Source of the DNA: Octopus sinensis
Lineage: Eukaryota
Direction of reading: 5' to 3'
Assembly: GCF_006345805.1 (NCBI RefSeq)
Contig: NC_043011.1
Location: 62,001 to 126,000 of the forward strand
Length of the DNA stretch: 64,000 bases
Both the position numbers and the translations under genes were made by a program. Under the pieces are notes generated by a model. It was not told the origin of the DNA. It made no database searches and saw nothing but the letters and a program-made list of their open reading frames with translations. Shown piece after piece: positions 42,849 through 56,817 of the stretch (position 1 is its first letter; every line of letters begins with the position of its first letter).

Positions 42849-45800
42849 GACCGGCGGACGTTTAACATGTGAGAGCGATAAAACAGTGCTCCGAAATATA
42901 TCCACAAACATCGGAAACAAAGACATCGCATGGAGCCAAAAAATAACTGGTAAAGGATTGGACTATATCCGAGTAAGTAATACTCATTGAAATTTATTGC
43001 TATTTTCCAAACGAAATGATGTATTTTAACTCGATATCATCTCCAATCATGTTAAACATGCTTGATACATTACGATCCATCAACAACAGATCATCTACGA
43101 ATAAATTAAATGATACCGGTATTATTCAACCCAAGAATATCAATCGGGAAGTACGTACTTTAAATTTGTTACGCAAGAAGTACGAAAAACTACACGTGCA
43201 AAACAATGTGACAACAGAAATGAACGGACTGGTACCCTACGAAAATGACGACCGTCAAACTAATGGGCCCGACGTTGTTCCTCATGTCCCGCAAATAAAA
43301 CCAAAAAGGCATAAGTGGACACGTGAGGAATACATTTCTATCCTACACGCTTACTTTACAGCAGTGCTCCACCCAAAGAACGAAAACACAACAACATATA
43401 CATATAAAACATGGAAGAAAAATAACATAAACAAAGACTTGGATACAGCTATGAACCCTAATAAACTAGCTAACGTACGAAGATATATTCTCCACGCAAA
43501 AAAATATCAGAAATAGAAATAGAACATTTAAAAGAAAAAATACATCAGGAAAATGTAGATAGAAGCCACACAACAATGCCAAATAATATAAACACTGAGA
43601 TAGTAAAACACGAAGACAAACGTAACATTTCCAACAAAAACGATGTAAATAAAAACAACAAACCCAGACCGTAAGGATGCATAATAATGCACGACAAGCA
43701 GTAAGCCAAAACACGACAGAGAAACATATGAACGGGAAAGAAAGCGACACAAATCTAAAACCTGGAAACAACGAAGGAGATCCTAATGATTATGATTCTA
43801 TAAAAAGTAGAATAATCAAAGAACTGAAAAACACAGATCTCAAAATGGACCACCGACCACACCTCCCAAAAATCAAAATAGACAAAACAACAACATCAAT
43901 TATAAACAGCATAAATCTAGCCGTCACGGAACTAATAGCCACTGAAACAAAAAGCGATATCACTGAGCTAAATGACTTAGTATATGCAGCAGCCACTGCA
44001 ACCACAAAAGAAGCTGGATACTCACTCAATCCCATCCAAAGAGGAGTACCACCACCCAAACAAACCCTGTGGATAAATAACATCCAAAACAAAATACAAA
44101 AAATGAGAAAAGATCTGTTGATTCTTAACGAAATCAGTGGACAATCAACGCTACTGAGCAACAAAAAGAAAACAAAAATATTCCGCAAATATAATATCAC
44201 AGAAAAAGATTTACCTGAGATAAAAGAAAAGCTGAAGCAAGATATCCTTGCCAAAGCACAAAGGATCCGCCGGTATGAGAAACGCCAACGTTTCTTTGAA
44301 CAAAACAAACAGTTCAACTCCAACCCCAAAAAGTTCTACCAAGAACTTGGCAAAAATAAAATAGACATCACTGCAGCACCAACGGCAGAAGAAGTGGAAG
44401 AATTCTGGAAAGAAATATGGTCGGCGAATGAACAACCAAAAAAAGGAGTATTAAAACAACAAACTTAGCATCTGAGCAAATTTGGACCCCCATAACAGCT
44501 GAAGAAGTCACCCAGGCGCTGCAAAGACTAAGCAACTGGAAAGCACCTGGGCATGACAAGATCCCCAACTCCTGGTTGAAATATCTGACAAGAATGCACA
44601 AAAAGCTGGCTGAAAACTTTAACAACATACTGGCAGAGCCAGAGACAATGCCTGAATGGCTCACGAAGGGGAAAACCATCTTAATTCCCAAATCAAATGA
44701 GACAGCAAAACCAGAAAACTACAGACCAATAACCTGTCTCCCTACAACGTACAAAGCATTTACTGCAGTAATATCACAAAGATTGAACAACCACCTGGAC
44801 GAAAACAACCTGTTTCCAGAAGAGCAGAAAGGATGCCGCAAAGGCTCATATGGCTGTAAAGATCAATTAATGATCAATGAAGCCATAATTGAAGACAGCC
44901 ACAGAAAGAAGAAAGTCCTCAGTACGGCATGGATCGACTATAGAAAGGCGTTTGATAGCATCCCACACACATGGATCCTCGAAACACTAGCCATCAACAA
45001 ATTAGCACCAACGATTATAAAATGCATAGGACACTATGAATAAATGGCAGACAGTGCTACAGCTCCAAACAAAAGAGGGACTCGTGAAAACCAAAGCCAT
45101 CCCCATTAGAAAAGGAATATTCCAGGGAGACACGCTCCCTCCACTTCTTTTCTGCTTGGCACTGTCACCTCTATCAGTTATGCTAGATAGAACTGGATGC
45201 GGATATAAATGTTACGGCAAAACGATCAGCCACCTTTTATATATGGATGACCTAAAACTATACGCTACAAATGATAAACAGCTGGAAACACTACTAAAGA
45301 CAGTTCATGGATTCACCAAAGAAATAGATATGAAATTTGGATTAGAAAAATGCACCAAAGTAACCCTGAAAAGAGGAAAACTAGTTAAGAGTAGCAACAT
45401 CACACTAGACAAAGCCAATGGAATAAGAGAATTAGACCAAAGCCAAACTTACAAATATTTAGGAATCCATGAACTAGATAAGACACAACACACACAAATG
45501 AAAGAGAAAATAAAGAAAGAATACTATAAACGAGTTAGATCAATACTAAAAACAGAGCTCAATGCTAAAAACAAGATGATAGGTATTAACATTTTAGCTG
45601 TCCCAGTTATAAGTTACAGCTACAATATCCTTAACTGGACGCTAAATGAACTAACCAAAATAGATAGGAAAACAAGAAAAATAATGACAGGATCTAGGAT
45701 GCATCACCCAAAATCTGACATAGAAAGGCTATACATACAACATATAGAAGGTGGTAGAGGCCTTATAAAGCTGGAAAACTACTATAAAATAACCATCATA

Positions 45801-46894
45801 GGACTGCAAAAATACCTACTTCAGAAGCAAGGATACTGATACAAATAGCGGCAAAACACGAGCAAAACAAAAAATTGTTCTCAGTATTTAAGGAAGCTGA
45901 CAAATATAAACAAGAAATCATACCACCTAACAAATATGAAGAAGAAGAAGAAGAAGAAAACACAGCAAAAGCTATAAAGCAAATGAAATCCAAACTAAAA
46001 CTAGAACAGCAACGGACCATGATAGAACGATGGCAAGAAAAGCCCCTTCATGGTAAATACTGGACTAAACTAAATGCAAAAGAAATAGACAAAAAAAAAT
46101 CCCAGCAATGGTTGAGAAGCTCAGGACTCAAAGCAGAGACAGAGGGATTTTTAATTGCAGCACAAGACCAAAGCCCCCCCTCCCTAGAAATTACCAAAAA
46201 CATGTAATGAAAAGAAATATAACAAGTAACTGCAGAATATGTGGAGATGGACAAGAAACAATAAATCATATTATCTCTGACTGCCCAGTCCTGGCTAAGA
46301 AGGAATATATTCACAGACACGACAGAGTTGGGACCTACATACACTGGAAACTATGCCAACATTATGGAATAACAACAGAAAAAAGATGGCACACACCAGA
46401 GAAGGTCACAGAAAACGAGAAAGCAACCATACTCTGGGATATGCCGATACACACAGATAGAGAAATTAAGGCCAACAGACCAGATATAGTTGTCAGAGAT
46501 CATGAAGAAAAAAAATGCTTTCTAATTGACGTATCAATACCAGCAGATCACAAAGTGTCTCTAAAAGAAATGGAGAAACTTTCAAAATACAAAGACCTGG
46601 AAATAGAGGTAACTAGAATGTGGAATCTAAAACAGAAACAATTCCTATCATAGTAGGTGCATTAGGCATGATAAAAAAATATTCAGACAAATACATAAGA
46701 AAAAACACCAGGACTTACAAACACATATAACATACAGAAAATTGCACTACTAGGCACTGCACACATCCTGCGCAGAACACTTTCCATACAATAACCATCA
46801 GAGCATCACAACAAATCACAGCACATACCCAAGGCACACAGAGCTGCGCTCGGCAGTGAAGTGAAAGCACGCTATAAAATGAAAACTACTGAAT
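42849..46894 (+). mobile_element. Near full-length R4/Dong-clade LINE (~4.05 kb) in a (TAA)n array; ORF broken by stops and frameshifts
   Basis: KRHKWTREE (Myb-like), WKAPGHD, NYRPITCL, EQKGC, WIDYRKAFDSIPH, GIFQGD, LLYMDDLKLY, CRIC..ETINHIISDC, RPDIVV..LIDVSIPAD..KYKDL; (TAA)n on both flanks. Confidence 0.96.
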
Positions 46895-46895
46895 G

Positions 46896-46957
<62 letters not shown>

Positions 46958-47857
46958 TCATTCTTTTATTAACCACAAGGGCTCACTTACAATAACATTA
47001 AAGGACATGTAACACCATAAAAGACAAAAAACGGGACGACACAATGGGTTTCCGTGTGTAAACAATATAAATAACAATTCAAATTGAACAAATTAAAACT
47101 CCCAATAGGGGATGCACTTTAAGGTCCTTGTGGAAAAACCCACAAAGGCCACGGGTGCCTGATCAACAGGGCAAGAGCCCTTCTCCTTTAATCCCTTTTC
47201 TTATTAGTGCACACTCAGAATTGGTCCTTACACGCAAGCTGTTTTTCCAACATTCATCCAAACTTGCTACAAGACAACACTTCCCTCTCCACCCACCACA
47301 ACTTCATTTTCAAGTTTCACTTGAAAAAGTTGATGAGGGCTTGGCCAAAGAGGAAAGTGTCTGTCTTTAACCCTTTCAAACGGGTCAGCCATACTACCTC
47401 TTTCGTTACAGCCAATAGACAAATAAAAATTGTCTGTCCCTCCCGGCCAAAAGAGGGCGGCGGGGCAATCTTCACAATAGATTCAGCTCATAGCCGGAAC
47501 CATCCTACACGCAACAGTAGGTGTTAGACATAAAACCACTGGTCAGCAATACTCGGGCACTGGACGAGGGCGTGCAGAACGGTTTCATTGATCTGGGTGC
47601 ACTTCGGGCTGGCTCGGTTGACGGCACTTCCGTGCCTGTAAAGTTTATCTCGAACAGGTAGCGCCCCTCGATAGCACTACCAGGGATTTCTGGAAGTTAT
47701 CCATGGGCCCAGGCCCGAAAGTTCTCCGAAACAGACCGGTTATTTGATCTCCATCGACGCCCAGAGTTTCCCCGAGAACGTCGTCGCACTTTGCCTCTAA
47801 TAGCCCTGTATAGAACGCTAGAGTGAAACTACGACCGACCGCATTGCCCGCCTGGCC
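46958..47857 (-). mobile_element. 5'-truncated Tx1-type LINE (second subfamily) with 3' end on (ATT)n
   Basis: TFGPGPMDNFQKSL, ETVLHALVQCP; AATAAA followed by (ATT)n on the minus strand; similar to 58613-59580. Confidence 0.88.
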
Positions 47858-48030
47858 AATAATTTTGAGGAGGGGTGTAGGTGATAGCATTGAATCTAGT
47901 ACTTGACTGGGACTTTATCTTATCAACTCCAGAAGAATGAAAGGTTAAGTTGAATGGGATCTGAATTCAGAACATAAAAAGCCGTAAAATAAGCGCAAAG
48001 CATTTCGTTCTCTGCTCAACTGAATTCTGC
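47858..48030 (-). mobile_element. Degraded SINE (family A)
   Basis: Diverged match (gaatgaaagg..gaattcagaac..gcatttcg). Confidence 0.6.
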
Positions 48031-48118
48031 GAAAAGAAAGCACCACAACGAAATAATATAACAGCAAAGAACTGAAACACCAAATGAGTGTGTGTGTGTG
48101 TGTGTGTGTATGCGGGGG

Positions 48119-48169
<51 letters not shown>

Positions 48170-49865
48170 ATGTGTGTGTGGGAGAGAGAGAGAATGGGAG
48201 TGAAAGAAAGAGAGGGGATGAGAAGTCAGCCAAAAGACAGAAAGAGAGAGAGAGACAGACAGACAGACTGAAAACTGCTTATCGATTTAGAAACCTGAAC
48301 ATTCCACAGTAGAATATCAATAAGGAAAAGACAAACAAAATAATAAAACAAATAAATATAAACAAATAAGACTGAAATACTGAACAAAATGGCTGACTTC
48401 CGCCGGTTTATTAGTTTGCGAAACGGTTGATGCAGTCAGCCATAACTTTACAAAACACTGTGTCCTCCTCCTCCCCGTCTCCATCACCATCTTTTTCTTC
48501 TTCTTCTTCTTCTTACTCCTCCTCTTCTTCTGCTTCTACTTCTTTTTTTCCTCCTCATCCTTCTTCCTCCTTCCTCTTCTTCTCATGCTACCCCTCTTCT
48601 ATCGCATTGTCATCTTCTTTTACAGGACATATACTAACATTATTGCTTCTCTCGCTCTCTCACCTTCTCACTCTGTCCCTCTTTCTCTCTCTCTCTTTGT
48701 CACCCTTTCTCACTCTCCCACTTTCTGTATCTTCTCCATTTCTCTCCCCCCCCCTCCGTGTGTTGCTTTGTGTGTTGCTGTTGATCTTTTTGCTTAGATT
48801 TTTGTCTCAATTTTTCCTTTTATGTTCCTTGATTTTCATTCATCGATCAATATATTTATATTTATATTATTGTTATTATTAGACGCTACTTACACGTTGC
48901 TTTGTTCACACAACCCCCAGAATATTGACAGAAAAATAAAAGAAAAAGAGAGAGGCTATCACATGCTGGGGCATGTCTTCGAACGGACATCCAGGCCGAG
49001 AGAAGAATTCAAAGAAAGACGACAACGACAACGACAACAACAACAACAGCAACACGAGCAAGAGCAAAATGACGAGGACAGCAACAACATTAATAGCAAC
49101 AATAGTTCTATGAATAATAATAAGAAGGACAATGTCAGAATCTGACGGCAAGGTGACAACAATAACAACAAAAGCAACAACGAAAACAGATTCAATATTC
49201 GTATCAAGATGGACACCAATATTATTAGGGACGGCAAAGGCAATAACAACAACAACAACAACTGCGACGATGACGACGACGACAACGAATGGAGACGATG
49301 CTGAATCTTCCAATGACATGATAAAACCGAAAAGTTAAACACTAATAAAAACAACAGCAACAAAAACAACAACTCCTCGTCGTCGTCATCGTCATTGTAG
49401 TGACTGTAATGGTGACAATAGCAGTGGTTAGGAGGTTATAGTTGTTGTTGATGATGATGATGATGATTGATGATGATGATGATGACGACCACGATGATGA
49501 TGATGAAGAGGAGTAGGAGGGGGAGGAAGATGGCGATGATGATGATTATGACCACGATGATGACGATGATGATAATGAGGATGACTATGGTGGTGATGAT
49601 GATGATGATGAGGAGGAGGAAGAGGAGGGCGACGATGATGATGATGACGATGACGACGGTGGTGAGGAAGAGGAGGAGGAGGAGGAGGGAAGGTGATGAA
49701 GACATGTGAACTGAGTCAGGGTTCCTTTGAGGGACAACACGAAGACAGCTAAGAAGAAGAGACCCCAACGAAACGCTGGTCGCCTTCAATTACTGAAGCT
49801 GCGTCAGGTCACAGCTGCGCATATCATAAGGATATACAATACATGCATTACACATGGATAGATAT

Positions 49866-50290
49866 AGGCGCAGGGGTGGCTGTGTGGTAAGTATCTTGCT
49901 TACCAACCACATGCTTCTGGGTTCAGTGCCACTGCCTGGCACCTTGGGCAAGTGTCTTCTCCTATAGCCACGGGCCGACCAAATCCCTTGTTAGTGGATT
50001 CGGTAGATGGAAAATGAAAGAAGTCTATCATATGTGTGAGTGTGTGTGAGAGAGCGCGCGGATGTGTGTGTTTGTGTTTCCCCCTACCACCACCACCACC
50101 ACCATCGCTTGACAACCGCTGTTGGAGTGTTTACGTCCTCGTAACTTAGTGGTTCGGCAAAAGCGCCCGATAGGATAAGTACTAGGCTTACAAAGAAGAA
50201 TTCCTGGGGTCGACTTGTTCAACTAAAGGCGGTGCTACAACATGGCGGCGGTCATGTGACTGAAACAAGTAAACGAATAAAAGAATGCGT
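49866..50290 (+). mobile_element. tRNA-type SINE (family B)
   Basis: ggcgcaggggtggctgtgtggtaag...gggttcagtgccactg head; matches 62712-63125. Confidence 0.9.
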
Positions 50291-50365
50291 ACATAAGGAA
50301 AGCTTCATCCATCCATCCATGCATCCATCCATCCATCTATCTATCTATCCCTCTCTCTCTCTCTG

Positions 50366-50424
<59 letters not shown>

Positions 50425-50580
50425 TGATAGAAATGGTAAGACAACAAAAGAATGAATAAGACCTCTATATTATGTAAATGGAGGAATTTATCTGTAAATG
50501 TATGTGACAATTATTCGGTTGCCATCATAAAACTCTGAGTTTCGGAGGTTTATTATAGTAACCGAATAATTGTCACATAA
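50425..50580 (-). mobile_element. Penelope-like terminal-repeat fragment with 20-bp inverted end
   Basis: Homologous in reverse orientation to 56985-57090; perfect IR 50501-50520 versus 50560-50579. Confidence 0.6.
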
Positions 50581-50675
50581 TATTACATATATATATATAT
50601 GTGTGTGTGTGTGTATTTGTCTACCTGTCTATCCATCTATCCATCCATCCATCCACCCATCCATGCAGCTAGGCA

Positions 50676-50739
<64 letters not shown>

Positions 50740-50744
50740 TTCGG

Positions 50745-51575
50745 AAAAGAGGATACCCTGAAACTCCCATACTCCCTTCCTTCAGGTGAAACTTTCATGG
50801 CATCCAACATCAGAGACTCGGGAATAATTGTGGACAACAACATAAGCTGGTCCACTCATATAAGCAGCAATGCTGACATGGCCCGCAGAATGTTTTCCTG
50901 GATTCTCAGAACTTTCCAGTCGAGAGATATCCACACCATTATCCTTCTGTTCCCTACTTTTGCCCGATCCCACCTTGAATACTGTTGTCCACCGTGGTCT
51001 CCTCACATGAAACAAAGTATCATGAAAATTGAAGCACCTCAAAGATCAATTAAAAAACAAAGATAGATGGCATGACAGGCCTTGACTATTGGGGTCGACT
51101 AGAAAAGCTCAAGCTTTATTCCTCCAACGTCACCTTGAGCGCTACATCATCGGCATGATGGGGAAAATATTCCATCAGCATTGTCCAAATGATGTTGGTA
51201 CCACCTTTAAGATACACTCAAGATTTGGGCCTCGTGCTATCCGCCCACGACATAAATCATACTCGAATCACATAACAAAAATACGGCCCAGTTATTTCAC
51301 CTCAATTGGCCCCGCTCTCTTTAACATTACACCAAAACACATTAAAGCAGAAACAGACCCCATAAAGTTCAAGAAGCCTTTGGACAAATTCCTTCAAGAA
51401 ATCCCGGATAAATCTCCTACACTCGGATATGTCTCCGCAAACAACAATTCTCTCCTCGAGTGTACCAAGTTGTCCGATTTCTGATTTGACTGACTTTGCC
51501 AGGTGGCGCTATTAAGTTAGACAAGGCCTGAGTTAATACTGGCCGAAACCTATCAAGGTATAAAAGTATTTCTCG
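50745..51575 (+). mobile_element. CR1-like LINE 3' fragment
   Basis: NIRDSGIIVDNNISWSTHI, WILRTFQSRD, RSHLEYCCPPWSP, QRHLERYII, FKKPLDKFLQEIPD. Confidence 0.88.
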
Positions 51576-51579
51576 CTGT

Positions 51580-51663
<84 letters not shown>

Positions 51664-51682
51664 ATCTATCTATCTATCTATA

Positions 51683-51725
<43 letters not shown>

Positions 51726-51785
51726 TTATCTATCTATATATATATATATATATATATCTACCTCCCTCCCTCCCTCCCTCCCTAC

Positions 51786-51816
<31 letters not shown>

Positions 51817-52475
51817 GCTATCTATCTCTAAATATATATGTGTGTATCATACGTATGTATATGCATGTGTGTGTGCAGTGTGTGTGTGTGTGTGTGTACA
51901 TGTTTTGTCCTTCTTGTATCTGTCGGAAGGTTCTTACAGGTGAACAAGTTTTCATCGTCCAATGCCAAAAGAACCATTCCAATCTACAGGAATGGGAAGA
52001 GAACAAGCATGCCACAGCTCAGCAGCCTTCTATCACACACACACACACTCACACTCACACATGCGCGCGCACATACGCGCACACGCACGCACACTCACAC
52101 ACACATACATACACATACACATACATATATACATATATGTATACATATAAATATATCGATTCGCATGAATGTATGCGTGCAATACATAAATATATGTGTG
52201 TATATGTACATATATGCATATATTCATATAAATATACACGTGTGTGCGTGTATATGTATGCGTGCTTGTGTTTGTGCGTATGCATGCGTGTTAGTGTGTG
52301 TGTGCATGTGTGTGTCTGGTGTGTGTATGACTACATTTATGAGCATACCATACGTCCATACCAGTGTGCTGACATCCATCTGTTCAAATGATTGCAGGTT
52401 GGCATCTTTCGTGAATATATCACCGTTCGCATTCCCTCTCAGCTTGTCTCTCAAAAGACACACACAAACACACAC

Positions 52476-52514
<39 letters not shown>

Positions 52515-52690
52515 ACACACACACACACATGCATACACACGCGCACACACGAACACACACATACGCAGACGCGCACGCGCGAAACCTTGGGTAATTATAA
52601 GCTATAACATGCAATGCTCGTTTACAATCTACACTTTTCAACAGATTTTGCAAGCAAGCATGCATTCAGGAAAGGTGTAGAGCCACTTAC

Positions 52691-52759
<69 letters not shown>

Positions 52760-52924
52760 TGTGTGCGTGTGCATGTGTGTGTCTGTGTCTGTGTGCGTGT
52801 TATCAGTGGTGTATGTATGTTTGCATAATGTAATATATATATATATATAATATATATATATATATATGCATACATATATATATATGTGCATAGCTTATAT
52901 ACACTCACACACGCGCATATATAT

Positions 52925-53065
52925 ATATATACACACATAGCTATCGCTATATACGCATACATATATAATACATACATGCATATGATTTTGTGTGTGCATG
53001 TATATATAAATATATATACATACATGACTGCATGCATGGTGCGTGCATGAGTGCGTGCATGGTGT

Positions 53066-53100
<35 letters not shown>

Positions 53101-53463
53101 AGTAGTAGCGCACCCTAGTGTAGAAATTAATGTCCTAAATATTTAACATAAACCATGGAGGTTATAAAGGAAATCACAAACTAAATGAACGCCGAAGCCG
53201 AGAGAGTGTTGGAAATGTGAGAAACAAGGTGTCAAGTGAACCGGCGTGTATGACAGGCATTCTGGGAAGAACATTGATTATTGAGGAATATTCCTCGTTT
53301 CTTTTTGAGGAGGCTTTTTTTTGTTTTTAAATTACATTACTTTATCACTTTCGAGTTTTTATTTCATGATTGAGCGGGAAGGGAATCTACATACATACAT
53401 ACATACTACATATACATATCTATATATACATATATCTTACATATATGTACATATATATATATC

Positions 53464-53497
<34 letters not shown>

Positions 53498-53960
53498 GCT
53501 ATCGCTATATACGCATACATATATAATACATACATGCATATGATTTTGTGTGTGCATGTATATATAAATATATATACATACATGACTGCATGCATGGGTG
53601 CGTGCATGAGTGCGTGCATGCGTGTGTGTGTTTGTGTGTGTGTGTGTGTGTGTGTATGAGTAGTAGCGCACCCTAGTGTAGAAATTAATGTCCTAAATAT
53701 TTAACATAAAACATGGAAGGTTATAAAGGAAATCACAAACTAAATGAACGAAGCCGAAGAGAGTGAGTTGGAAATGTGAGAAACAAGGTGTCAAAGTGAA
53801 CCGGATGTGTATGACAGGCATTCTGGGAAGAACATGATTATTGAGGAATATTCATTTCGTTTCTTTTTGAGGAGGATTTTTTTTTGTTTTTAAATTACAT
53901 TACTTTATCACTTTCGAGTTTTTATTTCATGATTGAGCGGGAAGGGAATATACATACATA
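52925..53960. repeat. Tandem duplication of ~560-bp period (microsatellite plus ~290 bp unique sequence)
   Basis: 53098-53390 versus 53657-53948 are near-identical and differ mainly by small indels. Confidence 0.9.
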
Positions 53961-54057
53961 CATACATACATACATATACATATATATATATACATATATA
54001 TATACATATATGTACATATATATATATATATATTAATATATATATATACATACACAC

Positions 54058-54104
<47 letters not shown>

Positions 54105-54525
54105 CAGAGAGACATATATACATACATACATACATAATAAATAAATGCATGCATACAGATAGACTGACAGACAGGCATTTGATAGATAGATACATACATA
54201 CAAACATACAACCATGTATGTATGTATGCATGTATATATGTACGTACATATATAGAAAAAGAGACAGACACACACACATACACGCTTCACATGCATAAGA
54301 CATGCGTATTTACGTATATGTATACACATACAATTTTGTGTGCTTGTGTATGTAAATATACATGTGCATATGTGTGTGTATATATAGAAAGAGAGAGAGA
54401 GAGAGAAGGTAACCGATACTGACCTGCTCTTATTTCCACCATGTTTGATTATTTCGCTTCTATTAAAATGTAGTTTTAAGCACCTGTGCGTGTGTCAGTG
54501 TGTGTATATGCGATTGAGAGAGGGA

Positions 54526-54578
<53 letters not shown>

Positions 54579-55014
54579 TTCCTTGTATTAGTATATTCAA
54601 TTATAAAAATTGATAAGGAGTCTTGACCAGGGCTGCTGAAAAAATGCCATTTACCTGTAGAAGAAAATCTACAGATGGCCTAGTAATCTCTGAGTAATAA
54701 ATAACTGAGAATTCATTATGTATCAATCAAAAACCAATTAGGGGTCAGATTGCTGAGATTGCGACAACACTTGGGCGACTGGAATAGATTCTGAGCACAT
54801 TTAAAAGAATAGAAGTGAGGCTGGTTTTGTAGAAGGCTGGTTTTGTTCTCAGCAGTTTTGAGGATTCCGCAGATATAATGTCACGGGAGAGGTTTCGTTC
54901 AACTAACAAATAGCTATATATTATATATATATATTAAGACTTACATACAATGTGTGTGTATGTGTGTGTGTCTGTGTGCGTGCGTGTGTGTGTGTGTGTG
55001 TGTGTATAAGGGTA

Positions 55015-55320
55015 GAAGTATGTGGACCAGTGGTTAGGGCGTTGCACAAGATCGCTAGATCGTGGGTTCGATTCCCGAACCTGGTGGCGCGTTGTGTTCT
55101 TGAGCAAAATACTTCGTTTCACGTTGCTCCATTCCACTCCATTATTGCAGAAAAGAACCCTGCGACGGACGAGCCTTCCAACCAGGAGCAAGGTTGGCCT
55201 GCTCGCTTAACCTGTTGGGTGGTATCATTCGAAAGCTAAAGCGATGCCAAGTGCATTGTGACCAACGATGTATAAGACCATTCGATAGTCTAACCGATCC
55301 CGTTATCACGTGGATCACAT
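55015..55320 (+). mobile_element. Diverged tRNA-derived SINE (family C-like)
   Basis: ccagtggttagggcg...gggttcgattccc head; ttgagcaaaatactt core; gcattgtgacca tail shared with 8545-8878. Confidence 0.75.
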
Positions 55321-55324
55321 TCAT

Positions 55325-55660
55325 AAAAAATAAATGTGATTGGATGATTCCCATCAAAACGTCTACAATATGCAAATATCACAGACCTGATATAGTTATC
55401 TGAGAAGGGAAAAAAAGTCACGTGAGAGAGGATAGCTACCTAGCAGACATAGCCTTTCCCAAACCAGTGAGAAATATTAGATTTAAGGGCAGTAACTTCG
55501 AAGTGTGCAGATTCTCTGTGCTGATTATTAATTCATATTAACATCAATAGTCACTGGTGCACTTTATTATCTTCTTCTCATAATCTGTAAGGAGAACAGT
55601 AAAAATCTGTAAGGCTTGCATAAAGTTCAACATGTAACAAACATTGTTGTTGATATTAAG
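55325..55660 (+). mobile_element. Degraded RLE-LINE fragment
   Basis: WMIPIKTSTICKYHRPDIVI; related to 37165-37990. Confidence 0.6.
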
Positions 55661-55791
55661 GTTCCAACGAGGTGCGGAGCTTTTATTTCTTTGTTAGAAA
55701 CCAGCTCCCTCTTTCGGCGAAGAATTCTCATAAATAAATGACTGCATAAATACACACACACACACGTATACACATACAGGCATACATGTGA

Positions 55792-55835
<44 letters not shown>

Positions 55836-56817
55836 CGTCATTTTAGGAATATGGATTTACTGAGAGGAGAGGATTTCCAGTCCCTCGCCCCTGCCCCTTT
55901 TAGTTGCCTCTTACGCCACGCCGGGAATACGGTGACTGCAGTCTACCGATCCCCCCTGCCCAGTCGCAGGGGGTGAAATGAATGGAATGCCTGGTGTGTG
56001 TCTTGTCTTGTGGCCAACAAAGGAGGAATAGACCTGGGAATATATATAATATATATATATATATATAATTATATATATATATGCACATACACACACATAA
56101 ATATATGTGTGTGTGTGAGTGTGTGTGTGTGTGTGTGTTGTGCGTGTGAATTACTTGACTGTGAGATTCCGAGAGGTTTCTCTTCATCCTGATGAGGGGA
56201 TCATTGCCAAGACGCGCTTTAACTTGCAATATGACTGCGGCAATGAACTCCTGAAATGGCCGCAGATGTAGTTTTTGACATACCCTTTTTGGGAACTCTC
56301 TTCCCCTCCTTTGAATCCGGACCTACCATGGATTGCTTCATTTGTAACGGACTATTTTCATATATTTTTAATCGAGGGGTAAAAATTCTTTTCTCGATTG
56401 ATATATTTTAGTATTTCATTTTAATCACTTATTTTAGCCGATTTGAATATATTTTTTCCTGACAGATCCTTCTATATATTTTTGTATTTTAAATGTGCAT
56501 TTTTTACCTTCGATGTTTAAATATGTTTTATATGTTTGAAGGTTACGATATTATTTGTATATGAGGAAATGTATAGAAGCGTGGGGTTAAATAAAGCCGT
56601 TGGCCCCAATTTGATGTTTGTTCTCTAATCAATGATTTTTTGTTTCAATTCTTTTTTGCAGTCCTGCATACATATATATATATTATATTAAATTAGAGAT
56701 AAAACCACTATTAGGCAAATCAAACAATGAAAAACTTAAGCCAATACATAAAATTAATTAATTAAAATTATTTTAAATATATATCAAAAGTATTAAAAGA
56801 TTAAAAGATAATAATTA

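Noticed and set aside
42849-42960. Possible HDV-like ribozyme at the R4 5' end
   Set aside because: I could not find the nested double-pseudoknot pairings by eye; an RNAMotif search would be needed.
51505-51570. Hammerhead-like GGCC..GGCC-GAAA-CCT-ATCA-AGG-TA at the CR1 3' end
   Set aside because: The core reads UAGACAA and stem I does not pair adjacent to the core; more simply a LINE 3'-terminal stem-loop.
56186-56225. CTGATGA-GGGG..GCC-AAGA-CGCG motif
   Set aside because: The GAAA is disrupted, there is no UH triplet and no stem I; too degenerate to call.
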